From Eubacteriales bacterium (GTDB lineage Bacteria; Bacillota; Clostridia; Oscillospirales; CAG-382), in the NCBI GenBank assembly GCA_045539625.1, contig JAZQFS010000125.1, positions 1 to 62,182 of the forward strand: a stretch of 62,182 nucleotides of DNA, given 5' to 3'. The translations under genes were made by a program, and so were the position numbers. Shown piece by piece: positions 50,493-60,621 of this stretch. The notes beneath the pieces are model-generated. The model saw only the letters and a list, made by a program, of their open reading frames with translations, made no database searches and was not told where the DNA came from. Position 1 is the first letter of the stretch, and the number at the start of each line of letters is the position of its first letter.

Positions 50493-51047
50493 ATGAAAAA
50501 ACTGACACTTTTAGGTGATTCCATAAGACAGATAGGCTATGGTATGCACGTTCCCAAAATGCTGGAGGGCGAATTTGAGGTTTACCAGCCTGCCGAAAAC
50601 TGCCGTTTTTCAAAGTATACCCTTCGAGGCGTGCTTCACGAATGGAAAAATGATATGTCGGGAAGCGATATAATCCATTGGAACAATGGTCATTGGGACC
50701 ACTGTGACCTTGGCGACGGACCTTTTTCACCAAAGGAAGAATACGCCGCAAATATGGTTAGAATTGCAAAGCTTCTTTTGGCGCAGGCAAAGGTGGTTAT
50801 TTTTGCTACCACAACTCCTGTGTGTAAAGAAGAAACCAAAAAGAATGAAAGAATTATTGAGTATAACGAATATATTGTTCCCATTCTCCGTGATATGGGC
50901 GTAGTTATCAATGACCTTCACTCACTTGTCAATCCACATATTGATGAGTATATCTGCGACGATAGAATCCACCTTTCACAGGAAGGTGCAAAAGTTTGTG
51001 CAGAACAGGTTGTAAAGGTAGTTAAGGAAGCCGAAAAATTACTTTGA
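50493..51047 (+). CDS. SGNH/GDSL hydrolase
   Basis: LLGDSI, NNGHWD, DRIH. Confidence 0.88.
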   Translation: MKKLTLLGDSIRQIGYGMHVPKMLEGEFEVYQPAENCRFSKYTLRGVLHEWKNDMSGSDIIHWNNGHWDHCDLGDGPFSPKEEYAANMVRIAKLLLAQAKVVIFATTTPVCKEETKKNERIIEYNEYIVPILRDMGVVINDLHSLVNPHIDEYICDDRIHLSQEGAKVCAEQVVKVVKEAEKLL

Positions 51048-51940
51048 AAGGTTGTGTAGCCATGATGACTTTTGGATTATTGGAAAAAATCGGTTTTACC
51101 GAGGAACAGATTTGTAAATATAATGAACTGGATAAGCTTTACGGTGAAGAAATAGAAGGCTTTTCCAAAGCTTTTATGGTGGAAGAAGCAGAATTTAAAG
51201 CGGTTGCGGAAAAGCTCCACGCTGATTTTTCAGGAAGACTTCACGAGTACACGGCAAATCTTTTGTTTGTTCTTCACTGTACTGAGTTTGTAAGGCAGAA
51301 ATATATTGAAAGAAGCCTTGATGAAGATCTGTTTTACAATATGACTAAGGATATAAAGTATAAGTGCGACGAATGTCTGAATGTGTATAATGTATTGGGA
51401 ATTGAGCCTGTAAGCTGGTATGTGGGATTCTTTATGCTAAACCGTTTTGCTGTCGGCAGACTTCAGTACGATGTCACAACCTTCAGCTGGGATAAAATTA
51501 CCGTTGACGGCTTTGAAATAGAGCCTCAGGATAACGCCCTTGGCTGTCACATTCCGTCAGGCTCACCGCTTTTGCAGGACTCTTGCCTTGAATCTTATAA
51601 GATGGCATATAAGTTGTTTCCTCAGTGCGTAAAGAACGGCGTGCTGATAATCCGCTGTGCTTCGTGGCTTTTGTATCCCGATTATCTTCCCGTATTCGGT
51701 GAAAACTCCAACACGGGACTGTTTGCAAGAAATTTTAAGGTTTTTGAAAGTGTTGAAGACGTCGAATTTAAAAATTGCTGGCGTGTTTTCGGCATCGGCT
51801 ATACCGATGATATTTCAAAATATCCTCTTGACACATCTATGCGGCGTAATTTTGCCGAATATATCAAAAACGGCGGACGACACGGAGTGGGCAAGGGCGT
51901 AATTCTTTTTGACGGCGAAAAAATACTTACCAATCACTGA
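51044..51940 (+). CDS. Putative acyltransferase-domain (GNAT-like C-terminal) protein
   Basis: GRLQY, HIPSGSPL, CASWLL, TSMRR motifs; exact start uncertain. Confidence 0.65.
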   Translation: MKGCVAMMTFGLLEKIGFTEEQICKYNELDKLYGEEIEGFSKAFMVEEAEFKAVAEKLHADFSGRLHEYTANLLFVLHCTEFVRQKYIERSLDEDLFYNMTKDIKYKCDECLNVYNVLGIEPVSWYVGFFMLNRFAVGRLQYDVTTFSWDKITVDGFEIEPQDNALGCHIPSGSPLLQDSCLESYKMAYKLFPQCVKNGVLIIRCASWLLYPDYLPVFGENSNTGLFARNFKVFESVEDVEFKNCWRVFGIGYTDDISKYPLDTSMRRNFAEYIKNGGRHGVGKGVILFDGEKILTNH

Positions 51941-51957
51941 AAACGGACGGTGAAACA

Positions 51958-52539
51958 ATGGCTAAGAAAGCAAATAATACAAAGCTTAAAATAATAAATG
52001 CCGCCTGGAAGCTTTTTTATGAGCAGGGCTATGACGATACTACCGTTGACGAGATTATTGCGGAGTCGGGCACATCAAAGGGCTCGTTTTACCATCATTT
52101 TCCGTCAAAGGACTCGCTTCTCGGCTCACTTTCCTACATATTTGACGAAAAGTATAAGGAGCTTGAAGCAAATCTTACTGAAGGTCAGACCTGCTTTGAA
52201 AAGCTGATGTATCTCAATCACGAAATTTTCACAATGATTGAGAATAAGGTTGACATACACCTGCTTTCGGGGCTTCTGTCAACACAGCTTACAACCAAGG
52301 GCGAAAAGAATCTGCTTGATTATACACGATACTACTACCGGCTTATCCGCAGAATAGTGGAGGAGGGCAAGGCAAAGGGTGAAATCAAAACAGAGGTTTC
52401 GGTGAGTGAAATTGTAAAGCTGTACTCCATGTGCGAGCGTGCTCTTATGTACGATTGGTGTATATGCGACGGAGAGTATTCTCTCACAAGCTACGCCAAA
52501 AACGTATTGCCTATGCTCTTTGACGATATGATGGTGTGA
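51958..52539 (+). CDS. TetR/AcrR-family regulator
   Basis: GYDDTTVDEII..SKGSFYHHFPSKD HTH. Confidence 0.92.
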   Translation: MAKKANNTKLKIINAAWKLFYEQGYDDTTVDEIIAESGTSKGSFYHHFPSKDSLLGSLSYIFDEKYKELEANLTEGQTCFEKLMYLNHEIFTMIENKVDIHLLSGLLSTQLTTKGEKNLLDYTRYYYRLIRRIVEEGKAKGEIKTEVSVSEIVKLYSMCERALMYDWCICDGEYSLTSYAKNVLPMLFDDMMV

Positions 52540-52610
52540 ACTAATTGTAAACATTGAGCTTGGTACAGTTTACAGTACAGCTTGAAAATTCAACAATAAC
52601 TTTAAATACT

Positions 52611-52689
52611 AAGACGTAACACATTTGCAGTATAGACTTTAGTCTGTTTTGCGTTTTGTGTTGCGTTTTTTACTTTAATATGGTAAAAT
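52611..52689 (+). promoter_or_regulatory. putP upstream region: imperfect hairpin with AGACT-tt-AGTCT core, overlapping a sigmaA promoter
   Basis: Palindrome 52634-52645; TTGCGT-17 bp-TAAAAT with extended TG. Confidence 0.55.
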
Positions 52690-52723
52690 CTTGGTAATAT
52701 TTTTGTTAGGAGTGTTGTTTTTT

Positions 52724-54301
52724 ATGACAAATGTTCAGATTCTGATTGCCATGATAGCGTATATGTGCGTTGTTATCGGCATTGGCGTTTACTTTATGAA
52801 ACGCTCACAGAAAAATCCCGAAAACTATTTTCTCGGCGGACGTTCTCTCGGTCCTTGGGTTGCGGCAATGAGTGCGGAAGCAAGTGACATGAGCGGCTGG
52901 CTTCTTATGGGACTTCCCGGTGTTGCTTACTGGTGCGGTCTTGCAGATGCTGCGTGGACAGCTATCGGTCTTGCAATCGGTACATATGTAAACTGGTTGA
53001 TTGTTTCAAAGAGACTGCGTAACTATTCTGCAATTGCAGGCAATGCAATTACGCTGCCCGACTTCTTCAGCAACAGATTTAAAGAAAACAAAAAGGTTAT
53101 TCTCGGTATTGCGTCTCTCTTTATTCTTGTATTCTTCGCAGTATACGCATCAAGCTGTTTTGTAACCTGCGGAAAGCTCTTTGCAGGACTTTTCGATATG
53201 GATTACCACCTTATGCTTGTAATCGGTGCGGTATTCGTGCTTATCTACACACTTATCGGCGGATTCCTTGCTGAAAGTGCTTCCGACTTTATGCAGTCAA
53301 TAGTTATGCTTGTGGCATTGCTTGGCGTGCTTATCTTCGGTGTAAATGAGGCAGGCGGTGTAGGTGCTGTTGTTGAAAATGCAAAGAACATTGACGGCTA
53401 CCTTTCACTTACTCATCTTGCTACTCCCGTAACCGATGCAGGCGGCGTTCAGCAGTTTGCGGCAGGTGTTCCCTTGTTCGGTGAAGCTGCTCCTTACGGA
53501 CTTCTCACAATCTTCTCAATGCTTGCTTGGGGACTCGGTTACTTCGGTATGCCTCAGGTACTTCTCAGATTTATGGCTATCAGAAAGGCTGATGAGCTTA
53601 AGCGCTCAAGAAGAATTGCAACAGTATGGGTTGTAATCTCACTTACAGCAGGCGTTCTTATCGGTATTGTCGGCAGAGCAGTTATGCTTAATCACCCCGA
53701 GCTTACTTCAGGTCTTGCAACAAAGAGCCTTGCTGAAAACGTATTTGCGGTTTTGGGCGAAATTCTCTTCCACCCTGTAGTTGCAGGTGTAATTATGGCA
53801 GGTATTCTTGCTGCCACAATCAGTTCTTCCGACTCATACCTTCTTATCGCAGGCTCTGCGGTATCTCAGGGACTTTATAAGGGTATCTTCAAGAAGAATG
53901 CAAGCGACAAGCAGGTTATGTGGATGTCAAGAGCAGTAATTCTTCTTATTGCAATTGTCGGTGTTGTAATAGCTTGGGACGACAAGAGTGTTATTTTCAC
54001 CATCGTATCCTTTGCATGGGCAGGCTTCGGTGCAACCTTCGGTCCTCTTATGCTGTTCTCGCTGTTCTGGAAGAGAACAACAAGAGCAGGTGCCGTTGCA
54101 GGTATGATTGCAGGTGCGTTCATGGTATTCTTCTGGAAGTTCGTGCTCAATCCTCTTGGCGGTGCGTGGGCTATCTATGAATTACTTCCCGCATTCATCT
54201 TCTCAAGTATCTTTATCGTTGTTGTTTCACTTCTCACACCTGCTCCCTCACAGGAAATTCAGGACGAGTTTGAAAAGGCAAAGAATTACGTTGAAGCATA
54301 A
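52724..54301 (+). CDS. putP: Sodium/proline symporter (SSS family)
   Basis: YFLGGRSLGPWVAAMSAEASDMSGWLLMGLPG, WGLGYFGMPQ, WAGFGATFGP. Confidence 0.9.
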   Translation: MTNVQILIAMIAYMCVVIGIGVYFMKRSQKNPENYFLGGRSLGPWVAAMSAEASDMSGWLLMGLPGVAYWCGLADAAWTAIGLAIGTYVNWLIVSKRLRNYSAIAGNAITLPDFFSNRFKENKKVILGIASLFILVFFAVYASSCFVTCGKLFAGLFDMDYHLMLVIGAVFVLIYTLIGGFLAESASDFMQSIVMLVALLGVLIFGVNEAGGVGAVVENAKNIDGYLSLTHLATPVTDAGGVQQFAAGVPLFGEAAPYGLLTIFSMLAWGLGYFGMPQVLLRFMAIRKADELKRSRRIATVWVVISLTAGVLIGIVGRAVMLNHPELTSGLATKSLAENVFAVLGEILFHPVVAGVIMAGILAATISSSDSYLLIAGSAVSQGLYKGIFKKNASDKQVMWMSRAVILLIAIVGVVIAWDDKSVIFTIVSFAWAGFGATFGPLMLFSLFWKRTTRAGAVAGMIAGAFMVFFWKFVLNPLGGAWAIYELLPAFIFSSIFIVVVSLLTPAPSQEIQDEFEKAKNYVEA

Positions 54302-54320
54302 TTCAATTAAAGCAATATTT

Positions 54321-54344
54321 AAAGCACCCTTCGGGGTGCTTTTT
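54321..54344. terminator. Bidirectional terminator
   Basis: aaagcaccc-ttcg-gggtgcttt. Confidence 0.85.
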
Positions 54345-54347
54345 CAT

Positions 54348-55121
54348 TTAATGCAAGCCGTTCCTGTACTGCATCGGCGACATACCGTGGTGCTTTTTAA
54401 AGGAATTTGAAAAATAGTAAACCTCGTCAAAACCGCACCTTTGCGAAATTTCCCCGATGGAGTAGGTGGTGGTTGCAAGGAGCTTTCGAGCCTTTTTCAT
54501 TCTCATTTCGTTGATGTACTGCCATGTTGAAAGCCCTGTCACTTTTCTGAAGCGGTAGTTGAGCGTTGAAGCGTTGGTTCCCAGATTTCGGCAAAGTGAA
54601 TCAATCGAAATTTTCTCCGCAATACTGTTTTCGATGTACCGAGAAGCGACGGTCAGCAGACTGTCACTCACAACAGATATATCGCTTTCCGAGCTTTGCG
54701 GTGCATTTTCGGCAATAATCTGCAGAATAATGTCACACAGCAGATGATTGCGGTAGTTTGATGAAAGCCTGCTGTCAATTTCAAGATACTTTTCAAAAAG
54801 TGAGATGGTATTAATAAATCTTTCTTTGTCACGGAAGTCGATTTTGCCGTAGGGAAGTGCACCGAAATCCGATAATTTCTCTGATGTGAATTTTATGTAT
54901 AAAAAGGTTATTTTGCTTTTTACACTTCGCTTAAAGTGAAGGTAATCGGGGAAAATTACACAGTCGCCGCTACTTATCTCCTGCTTGTCGCCGTCAATTT
55001 CCATTGTAAAGCTTCCTTCTTTGATGAAAAGAAGGGCATTTGTTGGCTGAGTTCCGTCGGTTACATCAAACTGATTGCGCTTTCCGATTTTGGATTCTAT
55101 AATTCTGAATGGATAATCCAC
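54348..55121 (-). CDS. AraC-family regulator
   Basis: Cupin N-terminus; CGFDEVYYFSNSFKKHHGMSPMQYR. Confidence 0.92.
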   Translation of the reverse strand: MDYPFRIIESKIGKRNQFDVTDGTQPTNALLFIKEGSFTMEIDGDKQEISSGDCVIFPDYLHFKRSVKSKITFLYIKFTSEKLSDFGALPYGKIDFRDKERFINTISLFEKYLEIDSRLSSNYRNHLLCDIILQIIAENAPQSSESDISVVSDSLLTVASRYIENSIAEKISIDSLCRNLGTNASTLNYRFRKVTGLSTWQYINEMRMKKARKLLATTTYSIGEISQRCGFDEVYYFSNSFKKHHGMSPMQYRNGLH

Positions 55122-55234
55122 TTAATTCACCTCCTGTATTGTCGGATATTATAAATTTAAGTTTAGCATATTATATTGTAATTGTCAACAAAAAGCTTTA
55201 CAATAATGCCATAAAGCAAAAAGGAGAAACGTAA

Positions 55235-56578
55235 ATGAATGTTACTTTAAATGTTGAAAAGGAATATAACTGTGACGTACTTGTTTGCGGCGGAGGTGTT
55301 GCAGGCTTTGCGGCAGCGGTTTCGGCGGCAAGAAACGGCGCCGATGTTATACTTGTGGAAAGCGGCGGTTACTTGGGCGGTACTGCAACAAAGGGACTTG
55401 TGGGACCGTTTATGACTTGCTATGACCGTGAAGGAAAACAGCAGATAATTAAAGGCTTGTTTGAAGAGCTTGTTCAGAGAATGGTCGCCGACGGGGGAGC
55501 AATTGACCATAGATTTTGCCGAGGCGGTGACTCAAGAAGCGGATACAGAACGGCAGGACATATCGGCGTGACGCCCTTTAACGTAGAGTGTTTAAAGAGA
55601 GTTACCGAGCAGATGTGCCTTGAGTCGGGAGTTAAGCTCTTATACCATACAACAATTATAGGTTGCCACAGAGAAGACAACATAATTAAGACTGTTTATG
55701 CCGCCGACAGCGAGAAAATTGTTGCAATAAACGGTAAGATGTTTGTTGATACCACGGGAAATGCTTCTCTCACCGCAAAAGCAGGAGGAACGACGACAAG
55801 AGGTGATGAGGAAGGCTTTGTACAGACCTCATCAATGTTTTTTATAATATCGGGTGTTGATAAAGCAAAGCTTGATAAGCATATGGAAGAAAACACCGAG
55901 ATGAGAGCACGTTTCTTTATGGATATTTTCGAGAATGGTATCGAAAGCGGAGAATTTCCCTGCGGAACTTTGAAATTACGTATATTTGAAAACCCCGACG
56001 GCACGTGGACAGTTAATATGGCACAAAATGACGAGCAAATTGACGAGCTTGACAGCGAGGTTGTCACCGATGTTGAGATAACCCAAAGACAGCAAATTGT
56101 AAAAATCGTGGACTTTCTTAGAAAGAACATCACGGGGCTTGAAAACATAACGCTTTTGTCAACAGCTTCGGATTTGGGAATACGAGAAAGCCGCAGAATG
56201 GCGGGAAAGACAGTGTTCTGCCTTGAAGATATACTGAACGGCAGATTTTTCGAAGACAGAATTGCAGTATGTGCAAATTCCGTTGACGTTCATCAGAAAA
56301 AGGGCGTTGCATACACACCCCATTCGGGCGGTAATTATACCATTCCGCTGTCATGCCTTGTTTCAAAGGATATAGATAATCTTCTTTCGGCAGGCAAATG
56401 TCTTTCTGCCGATAAATACGCCTTTGCCGCAGTTCGTGTAATACCTCCGTCAATTGCCATGGGACAGGCGGCGGGAGTGTGTGCTTCAATTGCAGTTAAA
56501 ACAGGTGTTAACGCTGGTGACGTGCCGTATGCCGATGTTCAAAAGATACTTCTTGAAAACGGAGCTTACCTTGGATAA
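55235..56578 (+). CDS. FAD-dependent oxidoreductase
   Basis: VCGGGVAG, VDTTGNA, GIRESRR, AGKCLS, MGQAAG. Confidence 0.9.
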   Translation: MNVTLNVEKEYNCDVLVCGGGVAGFAAAVSAARNGADVILVESGGYLGGTATKGLVGPFMTCYDREGKQQIIKGLFEELVQRMVADGGAIDHRFCRGGDSRSGYRTAGHIGVTPFNVECLKRVTEQMCLESGVKLLYHTTIIGCHREDNIIKTVYAADSEKIVAINGKMFVDTTGNASLTAKAGGTTTRGDEEGFVQTSSMFFIISGVDKAKLDKHMEENTEMRARFFMDIFENGIESGEFPCGTLKLRIFENPDGTWTVNMAQNDEQIDELDSEVVTDVEITQRQQIVKIVDFLRKNITGLENITLLSTASDLGIRESRRMAGKTVFCLEDILNGRFFEDRIAVCANSVDVHQKKGVAYTPHSGGNYTIPLSCLVSKDIDNLLSAGKCLSADKYAFAAVRVIPPSIAMGQAAGVCASIAVKTGVNAGDVPYADVQKILLENGAYLG

Positions 56579-56586
56579 ATGAAAGC

Positions 56587-56621
56587 AAAAAGTCTCGGAC
56601 GAAAAATCCGAGACTCATTTT
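56587..56621. terminator. Bidirectional terminator
   Basis: agtctcgga/tccgagact between convergent genes. Confidence 0.75.
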
Positions 56622-56622
56622 A

Positions 56623-58485
56623 TTAAAGTGTAATTTTAAGTACCGTCATATCGCACACGGGAATACTGTCAAGACTTCCGTGAAGCACTTCGCACTTGGA
56701 GTGAGGCTTGATGTCAAGCTGAGGATTAACATCTGCTCCTGAGTAATTCATTGCTATAACAACACATTCCTTGTCATTGAAGGGATGTACGGTAACTCCG
56801 ACATCGGGAACGGGACTCTTTGCAAACTTGTTTTCTATTGCTTTTTCTGCACACTTTGCGTAAATCTTGTAGAAAGGATACTTTTCAGCATCTCTCATAA
56901 TCACTTCGCTGTTGAAAATGATTCTCTCCATGGGAAAGCCCAGATAGTATACATAGCCTTCGCCGATTTTGTTGCGTGAGAATACAACATTTCCTTCGTC
57001 GTCCTTTGTAAGAACTTCGGCTGTGGTGGGACGCATTATAAATTCCTTTTCGTATCTTACGGGAAGAACGTCGCCGTCGAAATCAACCTGCTTTGTAACA
57101 TTGCTGTTTCTCATGCCGTCGCTGATAAGACCGAGAGTTTTTTCACTCTGAGCAAGCATACCGCTTCCAACCGTAAACAGTACGGACGCACCTTTTTTAG
57201 CTCTTTCAATAAGGAAGCTGTAGCACTCAAGGTCAAGACACGCCCAGCCCTGAATACAGGGAACAATGTATAAATCAACCTCGGGAAGAGTCTGATGCTG
57301 CTGTCGGTAAGTCATTTCAAGACCTGCCTGCTTGCACAGCATATAGGGTATCTGCTTTTCACCCAGAGACGCTCCTTTTGCTTCGCCTGTAAGAATACAA
57401 ACTGCATCGTACTTCTTTGCGGGAAGCTCTTCAAAAGGCATACCCGACAGCACGTCCTGACATTCCTTCATCTGAAGGGCTACGGGCTTTGGCGAATAGT
57501 CCTCATAAAGAAGTCCCAGCTCACGTTCAATCATACTCCAGCTGTAGGGAGGATAGGGCAGAAGAACTTGCTCATGAGCACACCACCAGATGTAACCAAG
57601 CCCGCCGTTTGCCCAGCCTGAATACAGACACATCTTCATAAACTGAGCCGCCATATCTTTGTTGCCAACCATGTCATTGAAGGTGCCGCACTCCTGAATA
57701 ATGGCAGGCTTTCCGCCTACACCGCTGTAGTACTCAAGCATCTGTGTTGTAACATAGCTTGTTCTCGGACCTGTCATTACGTCCATATCGCCGTTAACGG
57801 TGGGAGACGGATAGGGGTGAGGTGTGAGGACGTTGCAAAATTCCGCCTGATCCTGAATTGTCCATACGCCGCTTGTGTAAAGTGAGTGCATACCCGACTG
57901 AATCTTTCTTGAATGGTCCTCACTTCTTATTGCATTTGCAATTGTTGCCGTCCACATATAAGCTTCTTCTTCGGTGTTGGCAGGTGAAAGACAGTTGCAT
58001 TCGTTGCCTAAATCCCAGTATTCAATAACATCGCTGTCCTTGAAACGGCGTACAAAGCCGCGTACAAACTTTACTTCAAATTTAAGTGCCTCAGGGTCAG
58101 ATATAAGGTTTTTGTCGTGGATTGCGGGAGGTGCAAACATTCTGCCGCTCATCCAGCCCGTAAGCACCGAAACAATAACCTTCATGCCGTGCTTTTTAAC
58201 ATAGCCGAGGAATTCTTCAAAGTGGTTCATACAGTCTTCGTCAAGACCGAATTCATCAGTCATAAGCTTTTCGCCGTGGAGTCTGTATTCTCTCTTTAAA
58301 TTGCTGTACATATGAAGCTTTTCAAGGGGCTGGAAATCACGCCAGTTCGGGAAAACTCTCATGTACTTTACACCGTACTTTGAAAGTACCTCCAAATCCT
58401 TGTCAACGCTCTCGCCGTCCCAGTACTTCCACATTTCCGTGCCGTACTTTGAACCCCAGTAGTTACAGCCTATCATATAATTCAT
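56623..58485 (-). CDS. Clan GH-A glycoside hydrolase (GH5/GH42-like), paralog B
   Basis: MRVFPNW, WDLGNE acid/base, IQECG nucleophile, WWC; no signal peptide. Confidence 0.82.
   Translation of the reverse strand: MNYMIGCNYWGSKYGTEMWKYWDGESVDKDLEVLSKYGVKYMRVFPNWRDFQPLEKLHMYSNLKREYRLHGEKLMTDEFGLDEDCMNHFEEFLGYVKKHGMKVIVSVLTGWMSGRMFAPPAIHDKNLISDPEALKFEVKFVRGFVRRFKDSDVIEYWDLGNECNCLSPANTEEEAYMWTATIANAIRSEDHSRKIQSGMHSLYTSGVWTIQDQAEFCNVLTPHPYPSPTVNGDMDVMTGPRTSYVTTQMLEYYSGVGGKPAIIQECGTFNDMVGNKDMAAQFMKMCLYSGWANGGLGYIWWCAHEQVLLPYPPYSWSMIERELGLLYEDYSPKPVALQMKECQDVLSGMPFEELPAKKYDAVCILTGEAKGASLGEKQIPYMLCKQAGLEMTYRQQHQTLPEVDLYIVPCIQGWACLDLECYSFLIERAKKGASVLFTVGSGMLAQSEKTLGLISDGMRNSNVTKQVDFDGDVLPVRYEKEFIMRPTTAEVLTKDDEGNVVFSRNKIGEGYVYYLGFPMERIIFNSEVIMRDAEKYPFYKIYAKCAEKAIENKFAKSPVPDVGVTVHPFNDKECVVIAMNYSGADVNPQLDIKPHSKCEVLHGSLDSIPVCDMTVLKITL
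57484..57588. repeat. 105-bp exact repeat shared with 59508..59612
   Basis: Base-by-base identity, offset 2024 bp. Confidence 0.9.
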
Positions 58486-58530
58486 AGCCGCTTCCTCCTT
58501 ATATGTCGGGAATATTATAGTGTTTATTTG

Positions 58531-58559
58531 ATTATAAAATTTATTAAACGGTTTGTCAA
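58531..58559 (-). promoter_or_regulatory. Consensus sigmaA promoter of GH paralog B
   Basis: TTGACA-17 bp-TATAAT. Confidence 0.85.
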
Positions 58560-58601
58560 TACAATTTTGGCTACAAATTCAACGTGAAAATTAGTCTCTT
58601 G

Positions 58602-58637
58602 AAAAAATAGAATAAGGCAACCCTCTCGGATTGCCTT
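58602..58637 (-). terminator. Terminator between the GH paralogs
   Basis: aaggcaatcc/ggttgcctt stem with U-rich tail on minus strand. Confidence 0.65.
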
Positions 58638-58646
58638 GTGTATGCG

Positions 58647-60509
58647 TTAAAATGTAATTTTAAGCACCGTCATATCGCACATTGGAATGTTGTCAACACT
58701 TCCGTGAAGCACCTCGCACTTTGAGTGAGGCTTCAGGTCAAGAGCAGGGGCCACGTCCTTGCCTGAGTAGTTCATGGCAATTATAATACATTCCTTGTCA
58801 TTGAGCCAATGCTCAGTAACACCCACATCGGGAACGGGACTTTTTGCAAACTTGTTTTCAATTACTTTTTCGGCACACTTTGCGTAAATCTTGTAATAAG
58901 GATACTTTTCAGCATCACGTGGTATTTCTTCACTGCCTGCAATAAGTCTTTCCATGGGGAATGCAAGGTAATAGATGTAGCCTTCACCGTACTTGTTGCA
59001 AGAAAATACAACGTTACCGTCGTCGTCAGTTGCAAGAACTTCGGCAGTTTCAGTGTACATGAGATACTCTTTTTCATAGCGTACGGGAAGCTTTACGCCG
59101 TCAAAGTCAACAAGGAAGGTTTTGCTGTTGTTTCTCATTCCGCGGCTGCGAAGGCCAAGGGTTTTGATGCTTTCGCCAATCATGGCAGAGCCGACGGTAA
59201 AGAGAACGGAAGCACCATTCTTTGCTTTTTCACGCAGTCTGTTGTAGTTTGCAATGTCAAGACAACCCCAGCCGTCAACACAGGGAACAATGTAAAGTGC
59301 CGCATCGGGAAATTCCTGATTTTGATAGCGGTAAGTCATTTCAAGTCCTGCCTGCTTGCACAGCATGTAAGGAATCTGAATTTCTGCAAAGGAAGGACCG
59401 TATTTTTCGCTTCTGGTGATACAAACAGCATCGTATTTCTTGGCAGGAAGCTCATCAAAAGGCATGGACGAAAGCACGTCCTGTACCTCCTTCATGGCAA
59501 GAGCTATGGGCTTTGGCGAATAGTCCTCATAAAGAAGTCCCAGCTCACGTTCAATCATACTCCAGCTGTAGGGAGGATAGGGCAGAAGAACTTGCTCATG
59601 AGCACACCACCAAAGGTAGCCGAGAGAGCCGTTTGCCCAGCCTGAATACATACACATCTTTGCAAACTGTGCCGCAAGAGTCGGCTCGCCCACCATATCC
59701 GAGAATGTACCTGTCTCCTGAACCATGGCAGGCTTTTGACCAACACCTGAATAATATTCAACCATCTGAGTTGTAATATAGCTTGTCCGGGGACCGGTGA
59801 AAACATCCTTGTCGCCGTTAACTGTTGGAGAAGGATAGGGGTGAGGTGTGAGAATGTCGCATATTTCAGCCTGGTCGGGAATGTTCCATACGCCTTCCGA
59901 ATGAATGCCGTGAAGACCTGAGTGAATCTTTCTTGTGTTGTCCTCACTGCGGATTGCATTTGCAATGGTGGCAGTCCATACATAAGCCTGTTCTCTTGTT
60001 TGAACAGACGAAAGATTGTTGCACTCGTTGCCTATATCCCAGTATTCTATAACATCGCTGTTTTTAAAGCGTCTTACAAAGCCTTTTACAAACTTTATTT
60101 CAAACATTACCGCTTCAGGGTCAAGAATGAGATTCTTACCTGCAAGTGCCGGCGGAGTAAACATCCTGCCGCTCATCCAACCTGTAAGTACAGCAACAAT
60201 TACCTTCATGCCGTGTTTTTTAACATATCCCAAAAATTCTTCGAAATGATTCATCATTTCTTCGTCAAGCCAGAATTCATCCGTGAGAACCGTTTTGCCG
60301 TGTAATCTGTATTCTCTCTTTGTGTTTTGTCCCTTGTAAAGGGTTTCAACCGGCTGAAAATCACGCCAGTTGGGAAAAACTCTCATATATTTTACGCCGT
60401 ACTTTGAAAGTACCTCCAAATCCTTGTCAACGCTCTCGCCGTCCCAGTTTGCCCACATTTCGGTTCCGTATTTTGAACCCCAGTAGTTGCATCCAATCAT
60501 GTAATTCAT
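58647..60509 (-). CDS. Clan GH-A glycoside hydrolase (GH5/GH42-like), paralog A
   Basis: WDIGNE, VQETG; colinear 620-aa paralog of 56623..58485. Confidence 0.82.
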   Translation of the reverse strand: MNYMIGCNYWGSKYGTEMWANWDGESVDKDLEVLSKYGVKYMRVFPNWRDFQPVETLYKGQNTKREYRLHGKTVLTDEFWLDEEMMNHFEEFLGYVKKHGMKVIVAVLTGWMSGRMFTPPALAGKNLILDPEAVMFEIKFVKGFVRRFKNSDVIEYWDIGNECNNLSSVQTREQAYVWTATIANAIRSEDNTRKIHSGLHGIHSEGVWNIPDQAEICDILTPHPYPSPTVNGDKDVFTGPRTSYITTQMVEYYSGVGQKPAMVQETGTFSDMVGEPTLAAQFAKMCMYSGWANGSLGYLWWCAHEQVLLPYPPYSWSMIERELGLLYEDYSPKPIALAMKEVQDVLSSMPFDELPAKKYDAVCITRSEKYGPSFAEIQIPYMLCKQAGLEMTYRYQNQEFPDAALYIVPCVDGWGCLDIANYNRLREKAKNGASVLFTVGSAMIGESIKTLGLRSRGMRNNSKTFLVDFDGVKLPVRYEKEYLMYTETAEVLATDDDGNVVFSCNKYGEGYIYYLAFPMERLIAGSEEIPRDAEKYPYYKIYAKCAEKVIENKFAKSPVPDVGVTEHWLNDKECIIIAMNYSGKDVAPALDLKPHSKCEVLHGSVDNIPMCDMTVLKITF

Positions 60510-60553
60510 GATGTTACCTCCTTTGCATTAAAAGAAAATTGTTTTCTGTAAAT

Positions 60554-60609
60554 ATTATAAATGCAATGAATTTTGAGGTCAATGTAAATTGTGATGATGT
60601 TTTTGTAAA
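60554..60609 (-). promoter_or_regulatory. GH paralog A promoter with TTTACA direct repeat (candidate AraC site)
   Basis: TTGACC-17-TATAAT; TTTACA twice at 21-bp spacing abutting the -35. Confidence 0.65.
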
Positions 60610-60621
60610 AACGAACTATGC

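Noticed and set aside
57484-59612. DGR template/variable repeat or CRISPR
   Set aside because: Two identical copies at equivalent positions in paralogous genes, no adenine-specific differences, no RT or cas genes, no spacer periodicity.
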